A stretch of DNA of 64,000 bases from Ranitomeya imitator (taxonomy: Eukaryota). Both the position numbers and the translations under genes were made by a program. The notes under the pieces were generated by a model. The model did not search any database. It saw nothing but the letters and a program-made list of their open reading frames with translations, and was not told the origin of the DNA. The stretch covers positions 37,386,001 to 37,450,000 of the forward strand of contig NC_091284.1 of NCBI RefSeq assembly GCF_032444005.1, read 5' to 3'. Shown here piece after piece: positions 1-12,316 of this stretch. Numbering within the stretch: position 1 is the stretch's first letter; each line of letters starts with the position of its first letter.

Positions 1-3000
1 CATCAACCCTTTTCCCCAACAATCCTTCACCGCTCATATCACAGTCACTCCCAAATCTAGGAAAGATCCAAATTCCTGTAGTAGTTATGGCCCAATTTCA
101 CTCTTAAACATCGACGTGAAACTTTACCGTAAACTAATTGCTAATGGAATAAAACCCCACCTCCCTGGCTTGATTCACCTAGACCAGGTCTGTTTTGTAC
201 CAGGTAGAAAGGTGTGTGATAATACGCTCAAAACATTGGATATTATTAACCATGCACATATACATAAAAGTCATTTGTTGATTCTGTCCTTACATGCCGA
301 AAAGGCCTTCGACAGAGTCTCATGGTCGTCCTTTGCTCTAACTTTAGAACACGTTGGCTTTGGTCCAGTGTTTAGAGCCAAAATACTAGCTCTATATTAA
401 TCCCCCTCTGCTAAGTTAAAAGTCAATAATATGTTGTTGGATCCCTTCTGCATAAAGGACGCCACCCGACAAGGTTGTCTTCATTCCCCCTGCTGTACAT
501 CCTGATTATGGAACATCCCATGGAGGCTATACGTACCAATGCGAACATTAGAGGGATTAAGATTGAAGGTCATGGATATGAATGTTCAGCCTTTGCTGAT
601 GATCTATTGGTCTATCTTACTAATCCTAATATATATTTGCCTTCATTGATGTCCGTGTGGATGCGTTTTGGTAACTGGTCTGGCTTTAAAATATATGTAG
701 ATAAATCTGAAGCCCTAAATATCTCCTTACCCCAACATTTGGTAGACACTCTGACAGTCAATTTCCCATTTAAATGGCCTCCGAATAATATTAGCTATCT
801 TGGTGCTCGTATCCCCTCTGATCTTTCAAAACTGTTTTCTCTTAAATTTTTGTCCAGATTAGGGGAGGATCTCAATTCCTGGATCCGGAAATAATTCTCG
901 TGGTTTGGTAGGATACGTATTCTTAAAATGACAGTACTACCCAGATTATTATATCTTCTGCAAACCATTCCAATACATATACCATCCTCCTTCTGGGTCA
1001 AATACAATACAGTTTCAGTCAATTTGTCTAGCCATCAACCGCCCAAAGATTAGGAATAGCATTCTTGTGCGTCCTAATAACACTGGAGGGGTTGGTCTCC
1101 CTGAGTGCTGCCGATATTATCGAACATCCTCTCATGCAAGGAATCTGGACTTGTTACATGGCTCCAAGCCTAAATTATGGTTCCGTATCTCACAAGATAC
1201 CTGTTCTGTATCATGCTCCATTCTGTCCTGCACCTGGTCCTCCTTGACCCGTAATAAAGTCTTGGTGTCCTATAGTGTAAAACAAACACTCAAAACAATA
1301 TACATTCCTAGTGTGAGAGGCATACTAACCGATCCAAGAGGACCGATGTTGCCTATAACTGACGACCCTGAGTTCCCTCAAGGAGGTTCTGCAAACCTTT
1401 TTCTAGGCAGCTCAAGGAACATCCATTGGGGTCTCTTTCAAGGGCCCCAGGGGGGACTCTCCTGCCTCTTTGTGAAATTCTAGGGGACCGGTCTCCAAAG
1501 CCACGCCATATCATTGAATATACACAACTTTCGACAAGCACTCAGGCTTCATGCATCCATTATGTCCTTTTTTTTTTTTAAATTCGTTTATTAATTTCAG
1601 AATAGACAAACATTGCACATATTACATTTATCATTATTAAACATACCATCAGATACAAATGATTACAAACATCATCGCATCCAAAGTTCAGAGGCAATAG
1701 ACTGTGCATGTTGAATCACTAGTACCTACAAAATACCTACTATACAACTTAAACAACTTTAACCTTTAGTAATAAGTCGCCAAAAGAAAACAGATTCAAG
1801 TTTGCTCTGCAACGATGTCCCCAAACCCCATGCCCTCCTCCCCGTGCATATATCTAATCCACGCAGACTACAGAGTATGATGAGATGAGTTCCATCTACC
1901 CCAAATTTTTTCGAATTTACCTGGGCATCCTCTATTATGGTACAGTGTTCTTTCATATGGGATAACCGAGTTCACCAGGTCAATCCAAGCTCTGAGAGAC
2001 GGGGAGGAGCCACCCATCCACCTTAATGCCAGTACCTTTCGTGCTAAGAAGAGCGTTTCTCGAAGGAAGATCCCAGTATGGTGATCCCAGGTCTCTGTAT
2101 CCCACACCCCAAATAGGCAAGTCAATGGTTCAAGTGGGACAGGGATTAACAATAAAGACGTTAACAATGTCGTGACTTCTTTCCAATAATGAAGGATTAC
2201 CGGGCACCGCCATATCATGTGGGTAAAATCCGCATCATGTGCGTGACACCGTAAGCAGTCTGACGTCTGAAGGCGGCCCATTTTAAAAAGTCGTGTCGGA
2301 GTCAGATAAGTCTGATATGTAATATATAGCTGGGTCATCCTATTGTTAACTGAGGGAGAAACTTTAGTTGGAGATTCCAAAATATCTTCCCACTCCTCTC
2401 CCAGTGTATCGGGAAGGAGTCCCTCCCATTTCTTTTTTAAGGTGTTAATAGTGAGCCCATCTCCCACGGATAATAGGTATGTGTATAAAGAGGAAATGAG
2501 CCCCTGAGGACCCTGTGATTTGAGAATGCCTATAAGGGGTAAAGATGAAATTGCTCGACCTGCACCTGCATTTCGCATATGTGACTGGAAAGCTGACCTC
2601 AGCTGTAAATAACGGAAGAATTCATTATGTCCTTTTGAAGAAATTTGTGTAGCCCCATCTGGTCCCGCACATGCTATTTCAGTTATTTCTGAATTGTTGA
2701 TACATTCGGATATGGGGGCACTTCCATCTTTTTGCAGAGCATGAACTTCAACAAACATTTACGCAAGGACAATGGGACAAATCCTTTCACCTCTCATAAA
2801 TCTATAATGGCTACTAAATTCCAAGAGTCAAGCTACAAAATAGTTTCTAGGTGGTATTGGGTCCCTTCTGTCCTGCATGGATAGTTCCCAGAAGTCTCTG
2901 ATCTATGCTGGCGCTGTGAGGCTCATGAGGGTACAATGTCACACATATTGTGGTCCTGCCCAGTTTTAGGGGCCTTCTGGAGGAGACCATCAAAGCCACT

Positions 3001-3300
3001 AAGGAGATGACCGTCATGACTATCCCTAAAGTTCCAGAAGCTGTTCTTTTATACATGTCCAAAAATGTTGATAAAAAAAAATCATTGCTAAGACACATAC
3101 TTCAAGCTGCAAAAATACTAATCCCACGTCATTGGAAGAAATCAGAGTCCCCGTCTATAGAAGAGTGGTTTGCAGACATAGCAATCTCACATCGTATGGG
3201 ATCTCTGATAGCCCGAACGCATGAAGAAATTGTTGCAGTTGCTTCCATGTAGTTTCACTGGGAAACTTTTCTCTCTTCTCCAACTTATAGAAGTATGACA
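1..3300 (+). mobile_element. Degraded L1-clade LINE, ORF2 (RT to C-terminal CCHC region), split by a younger antisense L1 at 1572-2622; runs off the left edge
   Basis: ORF fragments 116-400 (PGLIHLDQVCFVPGR, AEKAFDRVSW) and 475-894 (SAFADDLLVYL) are L1 RT motifs. Homology resumes at 2637 (APSGPAHAIS..., CWRCEAHEGTMSHILWSCP) and continues in 2950-3252. Multiple stops and frameshifts. Confidence 0.9.
1572..2622 (-). mobile_element. 5'-truncated L1-clade LINE (ORF2 C-terminus, 3' UTR, poly-A) with 14-bp TSD
   Basis: Poly-T at ~1568-1579 on + (poly-A on -) preceded by AATAAA on -. Open frame FFRYLQLRSAF...CLRCHAHDADFTHMIWRCP...KFEKIWGRW to 1868. TSD CATTATGTCCTTTT at 1558-1571 and 2623-2636. Confidence 0.92.
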
Positions 3301-4571
3301 AGATGACTCGGGGATCGCCATCTTCTCATGCTTTAGCTACTAATACAATATTTCCAAATTTTATATGATTGGTCTTTCTTTTCAGATAGTATGACGCAGG
3401 TTGTTTATTGATCTGAGAAGTTGTCTTGGTCTCCCCTGCCCCCATCACCCTTTTTTTTTCTCCTTCTCTTTTCTATCTTTCAATTTGCATTTGCATTTAT
3501 ATTTAACAAAAAAAACACATTCATTTGACACTATGTTTATATCGACTATCATTACCTATCTTATGGTATTGCATTTTCTTATCTTCTGATAATGGAATAT
3601 TATTTATTTGTGATTTTCCTATACTAAAATCAATACATTTTGAATTTGAAAATACGGTAATTATCGATCAATAAATAGTATAGTTCCTTCTTAGTACAAT
3701 GTGTTTTTAATAAATAGGGTCCTCCTGTTATTTAACAATATGAACTAAAAGTTATGTTTTATTTGGGTCTTTAGTTAGAGGACTTTATTTGCCTATGGCA
3801 ATTTGTGGGGGTAATGTATTAAAGGCAGGGACATGACATATGACGTAAATGTACGTCATATATCAAAAAGGGGTTAAGTTGTAAATAGCAAGGAGAAGCC
3901 GCCCGAACAAGGAACAGGTTATGTCTTTTAACCGCTTAACAATTTCAAAACCCTAAGCGGTTAAAAGAAGTAGGTGCGCTATGTTTCATTTTTGCAGCAA
4001 TTTTTCACGTGGAATCTGCCTGAAAAAGACGTTATGGGCAGCATGAATCAGGGCCTCGCTGCAAAACTGCAGATAGGAGTATAGTTCTGTAAGACGTTGC
4101 AGTTTAGTTTGAAGAGCACTTCAGGCAGAGACCTGTCAATCAAGTGGAATGGAGCCGGCAAAAGCCGTCCGGGGCTGCATCAGACAAGTCACCAAAATGA
4201 CAAAGAAATTGAAGCAAACAACCATAGAGTATAAAAAATATATTAAATTTTATTAAATTCCATTATATAAAATATTAGACAGTATTCCGAACAGAGCAAA
4301 ATAAGGGGTTAATGGTGCACCTTGAATGATGGCACCCCCAGGACAAGAACATAAGACCACTATTCCATATATGGTCCACACAAGGACCCAAATACCATAA
4401 AATGCCCAGTGCATGTAGTCACAAAACTAGCTCCATGCTGTCTCATAGGTCACGGGTAAAGGAATCCCTCCATATCAAACAGCCTAGTGGCTATATAGTA
4501 AAATTTACCCAGAGAGACCCCAGACTATTAGTGGAACTTACCCATGCTCTTGTCCATAGGGATACCCACGC

Positions 4572-4609
4572 GCCCCTACGCGCGTTTCACAACAGCTTCC
4601 TCAGGGGGC
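4572..4609 (-). ncRNA. Minimal type I hammerhead ribozyme in inverted pLTR
   Basis: Minus strand reads GCCCC-CUGAGGA-A-GC(UGUU)GU-GAAAC-GCGC-GUA-GGGGC: 5-bp stem I, canonical core, palindromic GCGC loop III, GUA cleavage triplet. Confidence 0.8.
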
Positions 4610-6337
4610 AAAGTGATAGTCCATGTTCCCCATCTCCTTCCTTAAATAGCCACCTGGTAATCACCATCAGCGGCGCATGTGGCCGAGGCAGGCGCAGCAG
4701 AGCCGCAATCCCATTGTTGATTATACGTGGATATGAAGCGAATAGCTCCCTCACCACTTTTTTTGTTTTTACTATTCTTTTGCCCAGCCAAAAGGACACT
4801 ACGGTTTGTTTCTTTTGCTCTTCTAATACTCCTGTTACTATATCCCCGATCTCTGAATCTCTGCCCAAGGTCCATAGCCTGTTTCTCAAACAATAAATCT
4901 GAAGTACAAATTCTCCGTGCCCGGAGAAATTGACCAGTAGGGATGGCATTAATTGTAGACAATGGGATACTATGAGGAGAATCCTCACTAAACATTGGCC
5001 AATCCTAATGACCGACCCTACTCTGTGCCAGCAACTCTCGACTGTACCTCTTATGACGTCACGTAGGGGCAGAAACCTGAAAGACGAATTGGTGGTTAGT
5101 CACTACGTCCCCAAAAAGACATTTCTTTTCAATTCTGGGGGAAAACGGAAAGGTTTCTTCCCTTGTGGAAACTGTCTGGCATGTAAAAATCATTTCAAAT
5201 CCACGTCCTTCACATAATCGAACGGCCTCAAAACATTTGAGATCAGAGAATATATAACTTGCACTACCACACATGTGGTGTACTATGCTAAATGTAGTTG
5301 CAATTTGGTATATATTGGATTAACATCTCGGGAATTACGTGTTCGCACTCGCGAACACGTCAGAGATATTGAGGCTGCACGTGATGTGGACGACGTGGAT
5401 TCCTTGAAAACAATCCCCAAGCACTTCAGGTTGAAACATAAATGTAACCCGGGTGATTTGAAAATATGGGGGATTGATTGTGTCCATCTGGGTACACGTG
5501 GTGGAGACAATGTGCGCATCCTTACACAAAAAGAGTGCCGTTGGATTGTGACTTTAGACACAATGACACCAGCGGGTCTTAATGAGCAATTGAGCTTTTC
5601 ATCATTCTTGTAATATCACACGTCATCTCTAGACCTATGACCTCTTCCCCTTGTTTTTATTTTATTTTATTTTTATTTATTTTCTTTTTTCTTACTCTTT
5701 TTCTTTTTCCTTTTTTATTGCATTAACATTATTTGTTTTCACTTTATTTAGTATCACACCTGAATAATATTTATTGTTGGAGGAATGAGTCTTCATCATC
5801 AAACTTGAATCACAATTTTGGAAGCACCATATGGATTCGGCAACACTATATTTTATTATTGTACTATATTCTATATATTTACATGCATTGTATTTATTCT
5901 GCTTTGTTAGCACTAATGGTTATATTGCGATATGACATATGTATATTTCATGTCACTTTGTGCACTGTCACTTTGTTATATTTTGATTTATATTCGTTTT
6001 TATTTGGCTTTTTGTATGTATCTTAATTACCATATTTCCGGTACTTGCTAAGCCGGCGTAGGATATGGTAAAACTCCGTACCGTTCTTATGGGAGGGTTG
6101 CAGTATCTGTTGTCACTGGTGCGCATGTCTCCGGTGTGGTCGCGGCATCATCGCCGGCGCCTGGTAATGACGTGTGCGGGTCACTGACGTCATCGGGGCT
6201 TTCCCCATGACCCGCAGCGCCATGATAGCGCCGGAGTGATGCGGCTCTGCTGCGCCTGCCTCGGCCACATGCGCCGTTGATGGTGATTACCAGGTGGCTA
6301 TTTAAGGAAGGAGATGGGGAACATGGACTATCACTTT

Positions 6338-6375
6338 GCCCCCTGAGGAAGCTGTTGTGAAACGCGCGTAGGGGC
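6338..6375 (+). ncRNA. Minimal type I hammerhead ribozyme in pLTR
   Basis: GCCCCCTGAGGAAGCTGTTGTGAAACGCGCGTAGGGGC; identical to the minus-strand copy at 4572-4609. Confidence 0.8.
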
Positions 6376-7972
6376 GCGTGGGTATCCCTATGGACAAGAG
6401 CATGGGTAAGTTCCACTAATGGTCTTGGGTCTCTCTGGGTATATTTTACTATATAGCCACTGGGCTGTTTGATATGGAGGGATTCCTTTACCCGTGACCT
6501 ATGAGACTGCATGGAGCTAGTTTTGTGACTACATGCACTGGGCATCTTATGGTATTTGGGTCCTTGTGTGGACCATATATGGAATAGTGGTCTTATGTTC
6601 TTGTCCTGGGGGTGCCATCATTCAAGGTGCACCATTAACCCCTTATTTTGCTCTGTTCGGAATACTGTCTAATATTTTATATAATGGAATTTAATAAAAT
6701 TTAATATATTTTTTATACTCTATGGTTGTTTGCTTCAATTTCTTTGTTGTTTTGATAGCTTGTAGGAGCTCCAGAAGATACCATTCATCTTTGTCCCGGG
6801 TACTGCTTTCTGGGCCTGATGTGTGGTATCACATTATGATATCTGTATTTGAGATATTGTTTCTATCAGACCAGTCACCGGCTTCTCAACTTATGTTTTC
6901 TTTGCAATGTTGCCGATGTTCTGATGTCCGATGCGTTGAACAGCATGAATCTAGTGACAGGTTCTATTTAAATATGTTTGGACCGAGTGGCGACTTAATT
7001 TACGCTTCTTGCTGGACCTGGTTGTCTTCACAGTATATGGACTGGCTTATTCTTTTCTTTTATCTTAGGCTCCTGGATTTACCAATTACACAAGTGCCCC
7101 CCAAAATCTCAAATGGCAGCAGCAATCTAAAATACTAAATATGTAGGCGCTATATAGAGGCATAATGTGAGCTGTATTTATTATAAGAGCTATTTATGGC
7201 GGCATTATATGGGCTACATATGGCAGTGTGGTCTAGGCAGTGTATGGTGGAATTATGTAGGTTGTAAAGACTAGAATAAGATTAGAACAAGGTGGTGACT
7301 CTTTTTTAGCTCGCTGCCTAAGGCCCTGATCGTTCACTCAATATTCATGAAGAAATATGCATTTTAATTAAAAATATTTAATTACGGTATATTCAGGAGA
7401 AAAAATAACTTGTGAAAGCAAAGTATTGGAGACATAAGTGCACTGGAAAATAGCCTCTAAAAAGATGTATTATTTTTTCTACCAATGCTTTTCTCTGGGG
7501 TTAACAAGTCAAAATGTTCTTCTTGCTGACCAGCTCCCCAAACGATGAATCTACTGAAGTAGGGAGAAAAGCCAAATATACTGGGGTAATGACACCTTCA
7601 TCTTGGGACTTGGTGGCATGGGGACCTGTCATATCCTCAGAATGCGAAACCCACAATGAGATTTTTTCATTGAGCACTAAAACATTGGAACACAAATTGT
7701 TTAACATCGCTGAAAGGGAAGTCAATTTATTTTGGACCAACAATTCCTTAAAATCTTATATGGACTGTGGGAGCGTGCCTCGTGGACTCCGTGTTTGCAA
7801 AGAAATGTTATTGCGATTTTCGCAAGATTTGTTGGCCCTTGTTTTTCAACAAAATGTACCTAATTATGAAGTCACCAAGATGGATCTGGCTAAAACCAAA
7901 GAGGAACTTAAAACTAGACTATCTGAGAGTCAGTGGTCTGCTTTTGAGAAAAGACTGGACAGTAGACTGGTT

Positions 7973-8068
7973 AAGAGGGGCCCCGACGCGCGTTTCGCAA
8001 ATGTTGCTTCCTTGGGGGGCGCCCCCCGAGGAAGCAACGTTTGCGAAAAGCACGTCGGGGCCCCTCTT
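7973..8068. ncRNA. 96-bp palindrome formed by two divergent, core-variant minimal hammerhead motifs
   Basis: Arms of 48 bp with 4 mismatches, centre GGGGGGC|GCCCCCC. Plus arm CCCC-CCGAGGA-AGC(AACGTTT)GC-GAAAA-GCAC-GTC-GGGG; minus arm CCCC-CCAAGGA-AGC(AACATTT)GC-GAAAC-GCGC-GTC-GGGG. Confidence 0.7.
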
Positions 8069-10136
8069 TCCACGCACAAGCAGCAGGTTGGTTCATTGCT
8101 CTTAGTCTTATTCATTCTCCACCTCCATTCTTGCCACCATGTTGGAATAACTTTGGCCTTACTTACCATATATATATGGGACGTCACTGAAAATATTAGA
8201 ACATATACTGTTGTTAATGGGCTTTATGGGGTTCCTCATGGTATTAGGATTGTATTAAACCCTCTGCTTATATGTTCACACTTTTATCCTCCTCATAGAT
8301 GTATAACGCTTTGGAGCCCTTCTTTGTTGGTGTGGTTGCTCCTATGCCCTATTATTTACTGGCACAACTATTTAATATAATCTGATTGTATGTGGAGTAA
8401 CCAGTTCACCTATTTGTGTCACCCATAGGTATTTACAAATATATACATATATATCCTGTGTACGTCCAATTCTTATTGATTTGCTCCTTACTTGATTATT
8501 GTGTTTGTGCGTGGCACTAGTGTTGCCTTTCTTTTTTCATTGCATCTGTTTTACTGTTGTCTGTATTATTGTATTTATATACTCTTTTAGATTTCGTTTG
8601 TTATTAAGCCTTACTGACTCTATTCCATCCTCTGTCGACACTGAGATTTCTCCAAGCACAATTTTTGGGGAGGGGTGAAGTCTACCTTTATGCCCCCAGT
8701 CTCTTCGGGTAGTATTATTGACATCTTTAAGTCCCAAATTAATAAAGATATGGAAGCATTGATTTATGACAAATTTCCCCCTAACTTGAAACCTATTGAG
8801 CAGTCTGCCCTTAAAGAAATCAAAAGCTGGTCAGATTCAATCATACGAGCAGCAGATAAAGGGGGTAATACGGTACTTTGAAGTAAAGAATACTATGTAG
8901 CAGAAGCTCTTAGGCAATTGACAGACAAGAATACCTATATGGAACTAAAAAAAGACCCCACACCAAAAATGAAAGATGGTTTGCGTTCTTTTTTAAGAAA
9001 ATATACTGATATGGGGGTAATGTCAGTAAAGCAAGCAGTTAAACTCTTTCCTGAGTTCCCGTTAAAACCTTATTGGTATCATATACCGAAGTTACACAAG
9101 TCTTTGACTTGTCCCCCAAGTCGTCCCATCGTGTCGGAGGTAGGCTCTGTCACGGAGCCGCTATCCCGGTATTTAGACTGGTTACTTTGACCGTTGTTAC
9201 ATGATGTCCCATCCAATGTAAAGTATACAAAAGACTTTTTGCGTATAATCAAGGGTTTTGAGTGGCAGGAGAGTTTCCGTTTAACCTCCATCGACATAGA
9301 GAGCCTGTATACCAGGATCCCACAGGATATGGGGGTGGCAGCTATAAGGGATATTTTAACAAATACACCCACGGATACTAATACTGTTGATTTTATTTGC
9401 GAGGGTCTTTCCTTCGTGTTAAAACATAATGCCTTCAAATTTGATAAGACCTGGTATACGCAATTAGAAGGGACCGCGATGGGGACGCCAGTGGCGTGTA
9501 CCCTAGCAAATCTGTTTTTAGCGGTCTTTGAAGAAAGATGGATTTATTCATCAAGCAACCCCTATCTTAAGCATCTAAAACTCTATTTGAAATACGTGAA
9601 TGACATTTTTGTGGTGTGGGATGGTCCCCAGGATGTCTTCACACAATTTGTGGAGTTCTCGGACCATTCCAACACCATGAATATGAAATTCACATTGAAA
9701 TTTGGGGGTGATGTGTTAGATTTTTTAGACATAAAATTAACGGTCCAGGAGGGGGTAGTCCACACTGAAGTCTTTCGCAAACCATCAGCATCTAATGCGC
9801 TTTTGCATTTTAATAGTGCCCATCCTTCCTATACAAAACAGGCTCTCCCGTACAGCCAGTTTCTAAGAGTTAGGAGAATCAATAGCAAAACCAGCGGATT
9901 CATTAAACAGTCACAAGAACTATATAAAAGGTTTGAGGAACAGGGTTATCCTCGCCCACTTCTAGATACAGCGTTAAAAAGAGCTGTTGATAATAGTTGC
10001 ATTACTTCTCCCACCGCTAAAAAGAAAGGAAAGGGTAATCAATTTGTTTTTTCTTTCAAGTTTGGTCCGATGGATAGTTATATCAGGTCCATCATCTGAA
10101 AAAACTGGTACATTTTAGGCAAAGATGCGGCTCTAA

Positions 10137-10883
10137 AGGTACCGTCACATTAAGCGACGCTGTAGCGATATAGACAACGATGCCGATCGCTGCAGCGTTG
10201 CTGTTTAGTCGTTGTGTGGTCGCTGGAGAGCTGTCACACAGACAGCTCTCCAGCGCCCAAAGATGCCGAAGTCCCCGGGTAACCAGGGTAAGCATCTGGT
10301 TACTAAGCGCAGGGCCGCCCTTAGTAACCCGATGTTTACCCTGGTTACCATTGTAAATGTAAAAAAAAAAAACACTACATACTTACATTCCGGTGTCTGT
10401 CGCGTCCCCCGGCGTCAGCTTCCCTGCACTGTGTAACCGCCGGCCGTAAAGCAGAGCGGTGACGTCACTGCTGTGCTCTGCTTTACGGCCGGCCGGCGCT
10501 GACACAGTGCAAGGAAGCTGACGCCGGGGGACGCGACAGACACCGGAATGTAAGTATGTAGTGTTTGGTTTTTTTTACATTTCCAATGGTAACCAGGTTA
10601 AACATCGGGTTACTAAGCGCGGCCCTGCGCTTAGTAACCCGATGTTTACCCTGGTTACAAGTGAAGACATCGCTGGATCGGCATCACACACGCCGATTCA
10701 GCGATGTCAGCGGGAGATCCAGCGACGAAATAAAGTTCTGGCCTTCTAGCTCCGACCAGCGATGTCACAGCAGGATCCTGATCGCTGCTGCGTGTCAAAC
10801 ACAACGATATCGCTAGCCAGGACGCTGTAACGTCACGGATCGCTATCGTTATCGTTCTAAAGTTGCTCAGTGTGAAGGTACCT
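10137..10883. mobile_element. PIF/Harbinger-type MITE (TIR AGGTACCGTCACA), TSD TAA
   Basis: TAA at 10134-10136 and 10884-10886; internally palindromic. Removing it restores the Penelope frame GKDAAL|TRMVEHG. Confidence 0.88.
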
Positions 10884-11680
10884 TAACACGGATGGTAGAG
10901 CATGGTTCCTTATTTGCATCTTGTCGTAGCAAAAATATGAAGGACTTATTGGTCCATAATTGTTTTGTGAGTGAGCGAGAAAATTGGTTGGACACAGCAG
11001 CCCCAAAAGGCAACTATAAATGTGGTCACTGCAATTTTTGTTCCTTCCAAATAACAGGTAACAGGGTACATCTTGGTGCAGTTTTCCATCAGGTACGACA
11101 ATTTATCTCATGTAGGACTACACATGTAGTTTATGCCATTATCTGCCCATGTGGTTTTTCTACATCGGGAAAACCATTCGCCCGCTTTTCCTTAGAGTGA
11201 GGGAGCATTTTTATTCAATTCGGACAGGGAAAGGAGCTCCACGGCTTATTGAGCATGTGAGAAAGGCTCACGCAGGTAACACGAATGTGCTGCGGTTTGT
11301 GGGCCTAGAACAGGTTAGTTTACCTCAACGGGGCGGGGATCTCCACAGGCTGCTTCTGAGGAGAGAAGGAAAATGGATTCTGCGCACGGAGTCAATGGGT
11401 CCATTGGGCATAAACGAAAAAATCGATATGGCAGTTTTTTTTATAAACAATTTTCTCCGTATATTTACCTGCTGTGAATCCTTTTCATGAATCATGTTTT
11501 GTTCATTTTAAGTGCTCTAAGTTTGATTATCTTTAACTGTTTTTTTTTTTTGTTTTCTATTTCATTGGGTGTTTAGTCACATGTTGGTAGGTGGGTTATC
11601 GTATTGTTATGGCGTCAGGAGATGGGCGGTCCCTTGGATCACGGCAGTTTAAGGGTGCCTGCCCACTTCCTTTCACTATT

Positions 11681-11722
11681 AGGACCCGTGGAAGCGCAGC
11701 CGCGCGAAACGGCCGTCGTCCT
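11681..11722 (+). ncRNA. Minimal hammerhead-like motif with variant core in the 3' pLTR of the Penelope element
   Basis: AGGAC-CCGTGGA-A-GCGC(AGCC)GCGC-GAAAC-GGCC-GTC-GTCCT: stems I and II pair perfectly and loop III is palindromic, but the core is CCGUGGA instead of CUGANGA. Confidence 0.6.
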
Positions 11723-11723
11723 C

Positions 11724-12157
11724 CTCAAGCACAGCGGCCGGAAAGCACAGCGGTGACGTCACTGCTCTGCTTTCCTGCCGCTGTGCTTACACAGGGCAGA
11801 GAAGCAGAGCGCCGAGGGACAGACAGCGGAAGGTAAGTATGTAGTGTTTGTTTTTTTTTTTGCTTTTACGCTGGTAACCAGGGTAAACATCGGGTTACTA
11901 AGCGCCGCCCTGCGCTTAGTAACCCGATGTTTACCCTGGTTACCAGTGAAGACATCGCTGAATCGGCGTCACACACGCCGATTCAGCGATGTCAGCAGGA
12001 AGTCCAGCGACGAAATAAAGTGCTGGACTTTCTGCAGCGACCAACGACATCACAGCAGGATCCAGATCGCTGCTGTGTGTCAAACTGAATGATATCGCTA
12101 GCGAGGACGCTGCAACGTCACAGATCGCTAGCGATATCGTTCAGTGTGACGGTACCT
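11724..12157. mobile_element. Right half of an AGGTACC-TIR MITE (same family as 10137-10883) inserted in the CBR pseudogene exon 2 splice donor
   Basis: Matches the 3' half of the 10137 MITE and ends GTGTGACGGTACCT followed by TTA (12158-12160). The left half is missing and the remainder is fused to the Penelope pLTR. Confidence 0.85.
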
Positions 12158-12316
12158 TTACTATTTGGCCTTATCAGTGGCATCAGTTCACGGCAAACAT
12201 CCCTTGTCGCAAAAAAAAAGTTGGTTTTCAGAATTACTTCTGCTTGGAATGCCAATAAAGTTGTGTCAGCAGCTGATGAGGATAGACGTGGAAACATATT
12301 AGATGTTGAGCTTGTT

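Larger units (their letters stand above)
4200..6747. mobile_element. Truncated Penelope-like element (Neptune-type GIY-YIG) flanked by 508-bp inverted pseudo-LTRs, with an internally inverted RT-thumb segment
   Basis: 4200-4707 is the reverse complement of 6240-6747 (few mismatches). RT-thumb text AIPTGQFLRARRIC...RFRDRGY is on - (4708-~4960). The linker CGNCLAC and GIY-YIG VVYYAKCSCNLVYIGLT...KHFR are on + (~4960-5613). Confidence 0.9.
7636..11723 (+). mobile_element. Degraded near-full-length Penelope-like element (Neptune-type RT + CxxC linker + GIY-YIG)
   Basis: N-terminal SYMDCGSVPRGLR; KSTFMPP; IRAADKGGNTV; WYHIPKLHK, SRPIVS; DIESLYT, GTAMGT, YVNDIF; ALPYSQFLR; CGHCNFC; VVYAIICPCG/FYIGKT. 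In-frame stops at ~8678, 9188 and 10097, a frameshift near 11160, and a MITE insertion at 10137-10883. Confidence 0.9.

Noticed and set aside
1868-2758. 296-aa ORF as a stand-alone gene
   Set aside because: It crosses the L1 insertion junction; only the part from 2622 downward is true ORF2.
7514-8380. 288-aa plus-strand ORF
   Set aside because: Chimera of antisense CBR exon 3 remnant, Penelope N-terminus, the hammerhead palindrome and UTR.
12273-12310. CTGATGAG...GAAAC hammerhead-like string on +
   Set aside because: Stem II cannot pair and stem I is mismatched at the core-proximal positions; it is the antisense of the CBR pseudogene intron/exon 2 acceptor.
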